NCBI GenBank assembly: GCA_024679065.1
Contig: JAGIQG010000004.1
Location: 62,930,001 to 62,994,000, forward strand
From: Sphyrna mokarran
Lineage: Eukaryota
Direction: 5' to 3'
Length of the DNA stretch: 64,000 nucleotides
Both the position numbers and the translations under genes were made by a program. Shown piece after piece: positions 28,341-40,800 of this stretch. Each line of letters starts with the position of its first letter. Position 1 is the first letter of the stretch. The notes under the pieces are model-generated. The model did no database searches. It was not told where the DNA came from and saw only the letters and a list, made by a program, of their open reading frames with translations.

Positions 28341-29190
28341 TGTGAGACGCTAATGCGCCTTCAAGAAATACAAGTTTTCAAACATGTTCTCTGCAATTTG
28401 TAGCAGATCCTTTGATTTCATTGTGGGACCAGCTGCCTGTTCTACAGTTCTTTTGTTGCTACTAAATGGTTTAAATGGGATTTTGTTTATTTTTACTCTG
28501 GGCCTCAGGCACTTTCTGTGTTCTTTTTGTGATCCTGAATTGTTGCAGAAAGACTGTTTTGCAGGTCAGGTGACAGGAGTTGTTTTAGTTTTAGTTTTGG
28601 GCTGCTGGCTGCTTTTTAGTTTAGAAAGTACTTCAACATCAGACTAAAAATCATTGTTTCTTCTTTTCTCTCTCTACTATTGTAAATTCTGTGGGTGAGC
28701 TGGAAGCAGGTTTTTTTTTTTGCCTTCCTGGAGTGAGAATTCTGTTTCTTGCAATGGTTCATTGGCTAAAAGCTAGAGTAGTAGCATTATCTCTACTTCA
28801 AGGACTGTCGGAAGTTACAAGACTGGGAAGTCAGAGTTTCAATTTTCAACTAAAGGACTGAGTTCTAGCATCATGTAAGCATTCGTATTTTCTGGCTAAC
28901 CATGTGGCAAGGAATGTTTCTTAAGGAGATTTGTTTGGAGGAATGTTTCATATATTTGTCAATGATTATACAATACCATGTTTTTTTTTCTTGTTTGTGA
29001 CTAGTAAAAGTAATTGCTATATGTTAACTGTATCCTTAAATGACTGTCATTTGATAAAAGTTTACCAGTGTGTCAGATGAATCATTTCTGAAATGGGACA
29101 TCTCATGCTTACTCTAGCCAAATTCACATTGTAACACTTATGATCCAGGCGGACTTCACAAAACATTTTGGAGTTTCTGACCAGGATTGT
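28341..29190. mobile_element. Possible solo LTR
   Basis: ~850-bp block starting TGTGA, T-rich, with AGTAAA near the 3' end and no LINE/SINE similarity. The terminal CA and a TSD were not resolved. Confidence 0.3.
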
Positions 29191-29984
29191 TAGGCCATTA
29201 CAGATTTGAGAGGGCATTACACAGGATATTTAGGAGTCAACAACATTGCTCTGGGTTTGTACTTACATTCAAGCCAGACCAGGTACAGATGGCAGATTTC
29301 CTTCTCTACAGGACTTTATTATACAAGGTGGGTGATCATGCTATTATCAAAACAAGATTTTTAATTCTAAATATATATTTGATTTGAAATTCCAAGCTGC
29401 CGCGGTGGAATTCAAATGATGATGCAGCCAGGCAGAGTTGACACCGGCTGAGTAGCCATCCCTCCTAAATGATCACCACCTGAGATCTTTGGGGAACTCA
29501 CATTAATAGAACGAACTAGATCACTCAGGTATCTCTGACACTGTTGCCACATTCTCGAGACAGCCCCAGCAGCTGCTCTCTTCCTTTCTGTTGACATCAC
29601 TTAAGTGTGATTTTTAGTTTATAGAACTTTATTTAATATCATTCTGGTTGATCATTTGAATGCAAATTATATGAATTAACGACATTCAGTTTGTTTATGT
29701 TGCAGTTGATCTATTGTGAACCAAAAACAGTATGTATGTGGCAACATATTTTTGAGCCCATTGTTCAATCACATGGATTTTATAGAGCTGACTTCAGGTT
29801 AGCAAGTCCAGCTAATTTCCCCTTTGCATTCTATTTCTGCTCGATTACTGATGTTAATATTTAACAAGGAAATAGTTGTTTTTACAGATATGAGTAATCT
29901 ACAGGACTTATCATTTACAGCCAAGTATTGAATAAACTAGCTTTCTCTCACAGGGAGCATGTTAATTCAACTCTATGGTCAAAA

Positions 29985-30292
29985 TTATAGAACCCCTACA
30001 GACAGAAGGAGACCATTCTGCCTATCGAGTCTGTACCAACCATAATCCCACCCAGTCCTATTCCTGTAAATCCACATTGATACCAGGGTCAATTTAGCAT
30101 TGCCAATCCGTCTAATACGTACTTCGTTGGACTGTGGGAGGAAACCAGGACACCTGGAGGAAACTGGAAGATTAGGAACACGAGGAGAATGTGCAAACTT
30201 CATATAGATAGTGAACGAAGACCGAAATTGAACCTGGGGGTCCCTGGCTCTGTGAGGCAGCAGTGCTAACCACTGTACCATGTGCCGCCCCA
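29985..30292 (-). mobile_element. HE1/V-SINE
   Basis: tRNA-like head (ggggcggcacatggtacagtggttagcactgctgcctcacag on the minus strand), V core and CR1-type tail. Confidence 0.9.
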
Positions 30293-31159
30293 ACTGGCCT
30301 AATCACTAGCGCCAGTTTGCTGAACACTGACGGACTTGAGGCATTGCTGCTAAACTGTTTAACTGGCCTTCTGTGGCAATCGTAATGTCACAGCTGATGG
30401 GGCTTTATTGCAGAACTCGCACATACATATATTTTGTTTGCACAGTTGCTACCAGATATATCATGCATTCTAAGTGATTTATTGCATTTCAAGTCTAACC
30501 TCTCGCATAAAACATAATTTCAGTTTGAATTTATCAATTGTGCCAATCGTTAATTTCGACTTTGTATTTCCTCCCTCCAAATTAATAAGGTTTATTAAAA
30601 AAGCAACTCTTAATGAAACAACTTACTGTTAAACATAATATTGAAAGGGAAATGTACAATCAAATCAGTGTTGTTTGCGTCCATATTTGGTACTAACGCA
30701 GGAGAACTCAAAGTGATAGCCTGTTAAACTTCCGCGGCCTATCCTCAACGTAACTCGAATTTAAACCAGATACAGGGGAATAATTTTTGAAACTGATGCT
30801 CTACTTTCATATTAGCGTTAAGGGTAGTCATCAGTTCTAGCGATAGCTTTTATAAAACGACGAAACAAAGATTACGGAACAATGTAGTTGAACTGTGCTG
30901 ATTCTAATTGCTCCTGCCTTACATGTGTGGTCCCCAGGAGATTCTACCTTTTACACTGAAACTGAGCTTTACCATTCACGGATAAGTTGCCTGAAATTCG
31001 AAGTAGGTGTGGCTGCAGTGTTGAGAACAAAAGCGCTTCAAAACATGTTGGTCAGTAATGCTCTCATATTTCGAAATGTGACGATCTACTGAACATTTCC
31101 ACCGATTTTCCGTTGATCTCAACTCCAGTAAAGAGATCCGTATTCTGAAGTTAAAGTTG

Positions 31160-31442
31160 ATTTATTAGTGCCAAGAAGGCTTATATTAACACTACAGTGA
31201 AGTTACTATGAAAATTCCTAATCGCCACGCTCAATGTTTGTTCGGGTACACTGAGGGAGAATTTACCATAGCCAATGTACCTAACTGGCACATCTTTCGG
31301 ACTTTGAGAGAAAACCGGAACATCAGGAACAAACCCACGCAGACATTGGAAGAACTTTCCGTCTCCACATAGACAGGGATCCAAACCAGGAATCGACCGC
31401 TCCCTGGCATGGCGAGGCGTTAACCATTGTACCACTGTGTCA
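31160..31442 (-). mobile_element. HE1/V-SINE variant with a different 3' tail, ~400 bp upstream of the Ig-receptor ATG
   Basis: V core (aaaccggaacatcaggaacaaacccacgcagac) plus tRNA head. The same tail occurs near 38020-38085. Confidence 0.75.
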
Positions 31443-31843
31443 GGTAATTGTAAGTTAATCCCATATTTACCAGTTTCCCAAATTTGTTTCTGAGACAAAT
31501 AAGCCTGATGGGTAAGACATTTACTACCAATGGACTCTTCCTTAGACCAAAAATGAATGGGTTCTTTAGAATCAATTACTCTAAAAACACTGGCAAAATG
31601 CAATATATCAACCGTCTTAGCATGTGAAGAAAATTGAATGCTTTGTTAGCACATGTAGAATTTTACTAAGCTCAATTTTAGTACGTAAATGCAGCCTTCT
31701 CATTTGTCTGCACACCAGGTTACAACTCTTGAAGCCATGTGATTCCTAACGTCACAACTAAATTTGAGATTATATTGGAGACACAGGCTCGGTGCTCACC
31801 CACTCAGGCTCGCGCTGTGCTCTACCGATTTACGTCAATAGAC

Positions 31844-31898
31844 ATGTTAAAGACTCTGTCACTCTGGGGCATTTGTTTCCTGGGAATTTGGTGTCCAG
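31844..31898 (+). CDS. Exon 1, signal peptide MLKTLSLWGICFLGIWCP
   Basis: gacATGtta start, 18 hydrophobic codons plus 1 nt, donor CCAG|GTAGAA. Phase 1 matches the acceptor at 32223. Confidence 0.85.
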
Positions 31899-34800
31899 GT
31901 AGAATGTTATATTTGTTATTGATGATTAAACCACCCTGAACAATAACTGATAACGGAGGCGAGTTGATGTTCTGTCGAGTACAGTTTTCTGCTATTTAAA
32001 TTTGACTAAATGTTTTAGTGTTATGTCTTATTTGACAAAGGTAACTATGTATAAGAAAGGCAACATTAATTATATTAATGGAAAAACACATTTATAAAAA
32101 GGAGATCATTCTGATAGGTACAGTGAATTACTAATATATTAATAGTCTGGTCTCGCAATGGCATTTATAGCCATGCCGATTACTTCTGAGTATCAACGAT
32201 TTATTCCGACTTTTGTTGATAGTTTTTACATGCAGTTTGGACACGGTGACACGAAAGAAGGTGCTGAGAGGTACAAACGTTACGTTCGGATGTCCTTTTT
32301 CTTTTCACCTCGATATTTCGAACATAATCGCTTACTGGTGGAAAGATGGTAATAAAACATTTCTTCAAGAAGACGGCAGAAAAGCTTTCAGTATAAAAAG
32401 AGCCGGCGCCTACCTCCATCTTCTGAATGTAACTGTTCCGGATTCTGGAACTTATTTTTGTGTAGTGAAGCATCAACGTCGAACAATTGGAGAAATAATT
32501 TCTGCGCGACTTTTTGTATATGGTAAGTGTTACTGCAATTAAGAAGAAAACTTTAGTTGCTGCAGGTATTCCAATTGTGTTTTATGAAGGCGCTTAAACA
32601 ATAAATAAGTGAACAAAATAATACAGCTCTCTAGCAAAAGGTGAAGTCTGGTGGCGATTTCAATCTGAAAGTCACACCTCAGGCGAGAAGCAAAGGCCTT
32701 CATGAATAATCTCAACTGGAATTAAGCCCGCGCTGTTAACGAAGCTCTGTATCATAAACCAGCCGTTTAGCCAACTGAGCCATCTGAACCCAAAGATGTC
32801 ACCTAAACAGCGACTTGAACCCTAGACCATCGGCTTAAAAATCTGATATTCTACTGACTGAGCAACCCAGGTAGCTTTCTAATACACTAACTGGAGCAAC
32901 AAGCGCTTGCGAATTTGGACGACAACTAGCACCAGCATATCTGAAAACAAGCGGATCACCTACATCTCCTCTGTTTGGTGCGTGGTTTATAATGGAAAAT
33001 TAATGCAAGGCTGGAAGTTAATGTGCATTTTCCGGGTCTGCCTCTACGTCAGTGTAAATAATTCCACCTAATGTTATATATTTTACATATCCAAAGATGT
33101 GCGGGTTAGGTTGATTGGCCATACTAACAATTGTCCCTTAGTGTCCTGAGATGAGTAGGTTAGAAGGATTAGCAGTTAAGTATGTAGGGATACGGAGGTA
33201 GAGCCTGGGTGGGATTGTGGTCGGTGCAGACTCAATGGGCCAAACGGCCTGTTTATGCACTGTAGGGTTTCTATGATTTTATGAAATCATTTAATTAAGT
33301 ACAAGAACCACATTCCTTTTTTTCTGATTATATGTTTATTTAAAATCCATTACATATTTAAAGGTTCATTTATTTTTGAAAGAAGTAGAGTCCCAAATCC
33401 TCTCATTGAGCCAGGACGCTTCTAAATTTTGCGAAACTGGTTGAAACACCAACTGAGTAACTGGGGAGATTCACGCGCTAACACACGTGTACCTGTCCAG
33501 AAAGTTGTCCGAATATTATCCTTTTTTATCCAAAAGGAAAATGAATGCCCTTAATGCTCGAATAGAACGTGACCTGTAGTATTTTTATAACTGAAGTCCA
33601 GGATGCCAATTCGACTACATTAACCAAGTTAAAAGGATGCCCATTGTAAACGAGTTCTTTTAAATATAAAATGAGTGTATAATTATATAAGGAAGGAAAC
33701 TGAGAACAATATACCTGGATCAGTGACGAACAAAGTAGACTGGAGGCCATTTACAATCAACAATGACATGGTCCAACTTCTACGAGTGAATATAGGTACT
33801 AAGGAACGCAAGAAGAGAAAGTAGTTAAATAATTTATATTCCCCTTTTTATTTACTTTTTGTTTGTTTTGAATCTAGTTGCCCCCGTACCCCTGAAGGTT
33901 GTCTCCATGCCATTCGAAGAGACTGCATCTGCATTTCTAAGACTCCAGTGTCGAACTGCTGAGTTTCACCCCAAGGACTTTAACCTCACCTGGCATAAAA
34001 ATGGCACCGAAATTACAACAGGATTTATAACTGAACAACAGGAAACGGCAAAAGGACTGTATGAAGTTATTAGTTCCTTGGAAGAGGCACTGCCAATTGA
34101 GCAGGGCACAGTTTACACGTGTCAAATCCACCACGTTTCTATCTCCGGTCCAGCAAATGGCAGCTATACTGTCGGCAACGTAGGTAAGACTAATTCATAA
34201 GTGGTATATATATATATAACTTAATCCAGCAGCAGTTGGGTTGTCACTGCACATGTTGAACAAAGAAAAAGTAAGTAGGTTACTGCAATTTACTCCCATT
34301 CTATTGTGGCAGTTCCGAATTCTCAAGTCGTTCAGAAATGACAACGTAGCCCACGGGGTGGATTCACTATCCAAGCCGAATTAAGAGAACATTTTTAGGA
34401 CAGAAAAATGTGCATAGATTGATGAAAACGACAGATAAATGTGAAGGAGATCTTAGAAGAATACATTAAGAAATAAACACTGAAGCAGATGTGACACGAA
34501 TCTGTCAGATCTATAGTAACAGTTGATATTTTGTAGTAGCAGGAATGACAGTTTATACATCGGAGGCAGAGCCAAATTAAGTTAATTGAACAAAAATCTG
34601 TTTAGTATGTTGTTTCTCAAATACTTAGCAATGAAAGGGGATTGAGTGTAAAGAAATACTGAAGGGAATTAGCGTTCAAAATCAGTGCTGAGATGTTGAG
34701 CGTATGCCCACCTGTTGGATAGACTATACATAGAAATGGCCTCTATATTTCGGAAAAGTACCTTAAAAAGAATATAAGGAACGAACAACCCATTTTAAAA

Positions 34801-37800
34801 ATATGTTTACTACGATCCACTTTTCAGATATAACGGGAAACAAGTCGTGGAATTAACGGTGTTTTGTATCTAACTGGGATGTTGAAAACATTCAAGGAGA
34901 ATGGTCAGTTAAAAGGAACAAAGAGCAAAACAGCACGGGAAACAGGCCCTTCGGACTAATGAGCCCACGCCGTCACCCCGACGTTCCCACATCTACCCGT
35001 GGTCCCTGTCTATGTTTATAGATCGATGGATTCAAAACCAAATTGGAGACAATTTAAGGAGAATTTGTTTTGCCAATTACAGCACATCCCAGGGATGTGG
35101 GAGGAAACCGGAGCACCCGGAGAAAACCCATGCAAGCACGGGGAGAATGCGCAAACTCCCACAGACACAGGCCCAAATCCATGTATCTGCATAGGACAGC
35201 AATAGTCACTGAGCTGTCATGTTACTCATCAAATGGTCCAGGTCAAGCATACACTAACGACGTGAAGCACTAGGATACTCTCGAAAAAAGAATCCAAGAG
35301 CAGCCCTCTCACGACCCATCGCGTGTATGCCCCTTATTAGACAACGAGGTGGACCAAAGCATCTGTAGGATAAAAACAAATACATCAATATCATCATCTA
35401 TTTACACACTTCCCAGAGACTCCCAAGGGTCATGATCCCTATTTTAAATCAGTTTTCTATACCCCTCCATTCCCATTCTGTCATGTGCCCATCTAAGCAT
35501 TTCTTAAATAACTCCAGAGTGCCTGTTTTCACCACTTTACTTGGCAGCGCATTCCATACCCCTACCACCTTCTGTGTGAAAAAACTCTCTCTAGCATCCA
35601 AATTACACCTTTACCCCCTCACTCTAAGCCCGTGACCCCTCGTGCTATTTGTGTCCATCCTAGGAAAAAGCTTAACCCTGTTTATCTATACTCCTCATAA
35701 TCTTGTACACCTCTATTGATCTCCTCTAAGTCTACATCTTTCTAAGGAAACAGTTTCAATTTGCCTAACCTCTCCTCGTAACTCAGGCCTTCCATACCAG
35801 GCAGCATCCTGGTAAACCTCATCTGCACTCTCTCCAGTGTCTCCATGTCCTTCCGATAGTAAGGCGACCAGAACTGGACGCAGTATTCCAAATGAGGTCT
35901 AACCAATGTTTCTACAACAGCAACATTAAAAGCCAGCTCTTGTACTCTATACCCCTTCCTATAAAGGCTAGCATACCAAATGCTTTCTTCACAACCTTCT
36001 CCAACTGCTCTGCCACCTTCAGAAACTTGTGCACCTGCACCCCCAGCTCCCTCTGTGTTTCTATACTCTTAATAGTAAGTCTACCCTTTATCCTATACCT
36101 CCCCCCTACCTTCTTTCTCCCGAAATGCATCAGGATTGAATTCCATCTGCCATCTATCTGCCCAAGCTACCAGCCTATCTATGTCCTGCTGCATCGCCTG
36201 ACAATGCTCTTCACTATCCGCAAGTCCAGCCATCTTTGTATCATCTGCAAATTTGTTGATCACTCCACTTACTCCCTCTTCCAAGTCATTTATATATATT
36301 ACAAATAGAAGAGGTTCCAGTACCGAGTCCTGCGGCACACCACTAGTGACCGACCTCCAGCTAGAAAAATACCCTTCCGCTGTTACTCTCTGTCCCCTAT
36401 TACTAAGCCAGTTACTTATGCGTCAGCGCATATTCTTCCTAAACATATTCATCGTGCATATTATATAAATTAGCTATGTTAGTCTCTGATCACTTATAAA
36501 GTTTTTCTGTCCTCATGATATCGAAGGATATTTAAGTTATGTCCTTCAGTCTTATTGATAGCACCATTAAATATAAGAGGCAGAGACAAACTGTAACAAA
36601 GTTTTGAAGACTTATTGAAAAATAAAAATTAAGTAAGAAAATGGGGAATGAATCAAGACAGATGATTGGTGGGGGGTGGGGGGAGAGCGGGATGGAGTAG
36701 CATTTTAGTGACAGCAATCACAACATGGAACAATTTAGGCTGGTTATGGACAAGGAAATAAACAAGCTACAAAAAAAAAGTCTTTGGATGGGGAGAATGG
36801 ATTTTAGTAAAATGAAACATAATTTACCCGAGTTATACTGGGAACAGTTACTAATGGGGAAATCTACAAAATATGCAGTTGGGTGCATTCAAAAAGGAAA
36901 CGAGGAAGGTGCAAGTCTACATACTCCCTCTAAGGTAATGTGTGTTAACAAAAAGCCCAGAAACCCATGGGATAAAATGAGAATGAAAAGTAAGGTTTTT
37001 AAAAAGTGCAAGTGGAACAAATCAATAGAGATATTAGTGAGGTATAGAAAGTGAGGGTGGAGCTTAAGAAAGCAATTAGGGGATATCATAGAAATCATTC
37101 AATACAGAAAGAAGCCATTTGACCTATTGAGTCTGCACCGACCACAATCCCATGCAAACCCTACCTCCATACCCATACATATTTTACCCTCTAACCTATG
37201 CATCTATGGTCAATTTAGCCTGGCCAATCAACTTAACTAGCACATCTTTGAACTGTGGGAGGAAACCCACCCCAACATGAGGAAAATGTGTAAACTCTAC
37301 ACAGACAGTGACCCAGTTGGGAATTGAACTCAGGTCCCTGAAGCTGTGAAGCAGCAGTGCTAATCACTGTGCTACTGTGCCACCCCACTATATGAGAAAG
37401 ATCTGATGGGGCAAAAAAGGAAAATCCCAAGATATTCTATAAATATATGAATAGGAAGAAGATAGTTGGGAAAGGGTAAGAACCATTAGGGACCAAGGAG
37501 GCAATCTGTGGGTGGTACCAGAAGACAATGGTAAAGTGTTGAATGAATATTTCATTTGTCTTCACCCAAGAAAATGAGGACAAATATGTGGAATTCAGGG
37601 AGAAAATTGACAAATTTAAGGGCAAATTGACATAGAGAGCAAATTGACATAGGGAGGACAAGGTGTTGGAAGTATCAGCAGCTTTAAAAAATAAGTAAAT
37701 CTCTAGGCCCGGATGCACTGTGTTCTAGACTGCTGTGGGAGGGAAGAGAAGATTGCAGAAGCTCTGATCCAAATTTTTACTTCCTATCTGACCATGAGGA

Positions 37801-40800
37801 GAGTCATAATGTGGAGGTGCTGGTGTTAGATTGGGGTAGAAGGCTCACAATACCAGGTTAAAGTCCAACAGTTTCATTTGGTAGCAAAAGGCACTAGCTT
37901 CCAGAATGCTGTTCGTTCATCAGGTCAGTGGGAGTTCTGGGATAAGCAAGAGGCTGTGGTTGGTAGGGACTCGGTCGGCTGAATAGCCTCCTTCTGCATT
38001 ATAGGATTTTTAAGTTGGTTTATTAGTGTCACAAGTAGGCTTAACTCTGCAATGGAGTTACCATGAAAATCCCCTAGTTGTCACACTTGATTCAAAGTAC
38101 AGCAGTGTCAATAGCTGTAAGGTTAGAAAGATCCTGAATGAATACTTTGCGTCCGTATTCACAAAGAAGAGGGGCTTATTGATAGGTCCTGTCTCTAAGG
38201 GAGCTGTAGACCAGTTGAGGGAAATATCCATACTGAGGGAGGAAGTGTTAGAGCTTGGGTAGCATTAAAACTGATAAATCTCTGGGGCATTTATCCCAAG
38301 CTGCTTAGGTAGGTACAAGGTGAAATTGCTGGGCCCCTGGAGAGAGTGCAGAGGAGGTGTACCAGGATGCTGCCTGGTATGGAAGGTCTGAGTTACAAGG
38401 GGAGGTTAGGCAAATTGGGGCTATTTTTCTTAGAAAGATGTGGACTTAGAGAAGATCTAATCGAGGTGTACAAGATTATGAGGGGTATAGATAGAGTAAA
38501 CAGGATTAAGTTTTTTCCTAGGATGGACTCAAATAGCATGAGGGGTCATGGGCTTAGGGTGAAGCGGGGTAAGGTGTAATTTGGATGCTGGAGGGAGTTT
38601 TTTCACACAGAGGGTAGTGGGAGTATGGAACGCACTGCCAAGTAAAGTGGTGGAGGCAGGCACTCTGGAGTTTTTAAGAGATATTTAGATAGGCACATGA
38701 ACAGAATGGGAATGGAGGGGTATAGAAAACTGATTTAAAATAGGGATCATGTGTGTAAATTGTCGATGATATTGATGTATTTGTTTTATCCTACCGGTAC
38801 TTTAGTCCACCTTGTAGTCTAATAAGGGGCATACATACAATGGGTTGTGAGAGGGCTGCTCTTGGATTTTTTTTGAGAGTGTCCTAGTGTTTCACATCGT
38901 TAGTGTGCGCTTGACCTGGACCATTTGATGGGCAACATGACAGCTCAGTGACTATCGTTGTGCTGTACAGATACATGGATTTGGGCCTGTGTCTGTGGGA
39001 GTTTGCGCATTCTCCCCATGTTTGCGTGGGTTTTCTCTGGGTGCCCCGGTTTCCTCCCACATTCCAAAAATGTGCTGTTCCCCCTAAATTGTCTTAGATT
39101 TGGTTTCAATGCATAGATCTATAAACATAGACAGGGATCATGGGTAGAAGTGGGAACATCGAGGTGGTGGCATGGGCTCGTTGGGCCGAAGGGCCTGTTT
39201 CCTGTGCTGTTTTGCTCTTTGTTCTTCTTTGTTCTTTGAAAACAATTCAGATCTTTACCATTTGGAGTTAAGAAGTCTGCCCAGATAAGTGTCAGTGCAT
39301 ATTTTTCTGAAACATATTCATCATACATATTATGTTAATTGGCTATGTTAGTGTCCAGTCACTTATAAAGTCTTTCTGTTCTCATGACATCAAGGGTGAA
39401 TTCCCACTTACACGATGAAGAAGCAGCGCTGTGAAAACTAGGGGTTTTTGTTACCAAATAAACCTATTGCACTTTAACCTGGTATTGTGAGACTTATTAC
39501 ATAGGGGATGTGCCAGATGACTGGAGAACACCTAGTATGGTTCTGCTATTTCACAAGAATTGTAGAGATAAACCAGGGAACTACAGACCAGTGAGTTTCA
39601 CATCAGTGCTAGGGAAGCCATAACATAAACATCTGAAGGAGGGCATCTACCTCTATTTGGAGAGGCGAAGCTTGATCAGGAATAGTCAGTATGGCTTCAG
39701 AGGGAGGTCATGTTTAACAAATTTGATTAAATTTTTTGAGGAGGTGACCAGGTATCTAGATGAGGATAGTGCAGCTCATGTGTTTTATATGGTTTTCAGC
39801 AAAGCCTTTGACAAGTTCCCACAGGGGAGATGAGTAAAGAATGTAAATTCACATGTGATAAAGGGTAATTTGATAAGGTGGATTCAATAATGGCTCAGTT
39901 GTTGGAGACGGCTGATGGCTGCTTCAATGATTCAAAGCCAACATCCAGTGGTGTACCACAGGGATCTGTGTTGGGTCTCCTATTATTTGTTATTTATATA
40001 AATGACTTTGATAATTATGTTGAGGGGTAGGATTAGTAAGTTCCGCATGACACACAGATTGGATGGATGGGTATCAATGAGGAGAAGTGTGTTAGGCTGC
40101 AAGATGATATAGATGGAATGGTCAAATGGGCAGATAAGTGGCAGATGGCATTTAATTCTGAAAAATATGAGGCGATAACTTTGAAAGGAATAATTAGACA
40201 TCAAAATATTCAATCAATGATCAGACACTAGAAAATTTTGTGATACAAAAGGATTTTGGCATTTGTGTCCATGATCTCTGAAAGTGGAAGGGTATATTGA
40301 AGTGTGGTCAAAAAGGCATATGGGACACTTGCCTTTATCAATCGAGGCACAGATTACAAAAGCAGAGAAGCTATATTGGATTTGTAGGACTTTAGTGAGG
40401 CCCCAGCTAGAGCTCTGTCTGCAGTTCTGGTCACCGCATTATCAGAAGGATGTGACTGCACTGCAGGGAGGCAGAGGTGATTCACCAGGTTGCCTGGGAT
40501 GAAAAATATTACGTTATGAAGAGGTTGTGTAGGCTTGGGTTGTTTTCTTCAGAGCAGAAGACTGAAGGATGACCTGATCAAGGTACCCAAGATTATGATG
40601 GACAAAGACAGAGCGGATATGGAGCAGCTGTTCCCCTTAGTTGAAGTGTCAATCATGAGAGGACATAGGTTCAAGGTGAGGGGCAGGAGATTTTAGAAAA
40701 AGAAAAATCTTTTTTTACGTAGAGTATGGAATGCACTGCCTGAGAGGGTGATGAAGACAGATTGCTTCATATCGTTTAAAACGTACCTAGATGAGTACTT

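Noticed and set aside
30627-30684. Minus-strand ATG-to-GTAAGT phase-1 exon (MDANNTDLIVHFPFNIMFN), suggesting a head-to-head partner gene
   Set aside because: Not signal-peptide-like, and no downstream minus-strand Ig or other exon was found.
31748-31837. CRE-like motifs (AACGTCA, TTACGTCA) near the ATG
   Set aside because: Short motifs, one only 6 nt from the ATG; not supportable without TSS data.
32236-32236. Alternative acceptor tacatgcag| for the V exon
   Set aside because: It gives phase 2, out of frame with the phase-1 leader; the acceptor at 32223 fits.
32223-34183. Rearranging Ig or TCR locus (V and C segments)
   Set aside because: No RSS heptamer/nonamer after the V, no separate J segments in the 1.35-kb intron, the G strand is in the V exon, and there is no connecting-peptide Cys.
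34230-34270. Mini-exon candidate (ccag|...aaa|gtaagt) after C1
   Set aside because: The upstream intron would be only ~46 nt, and its phase-0 end is incompatible with the TM exon.
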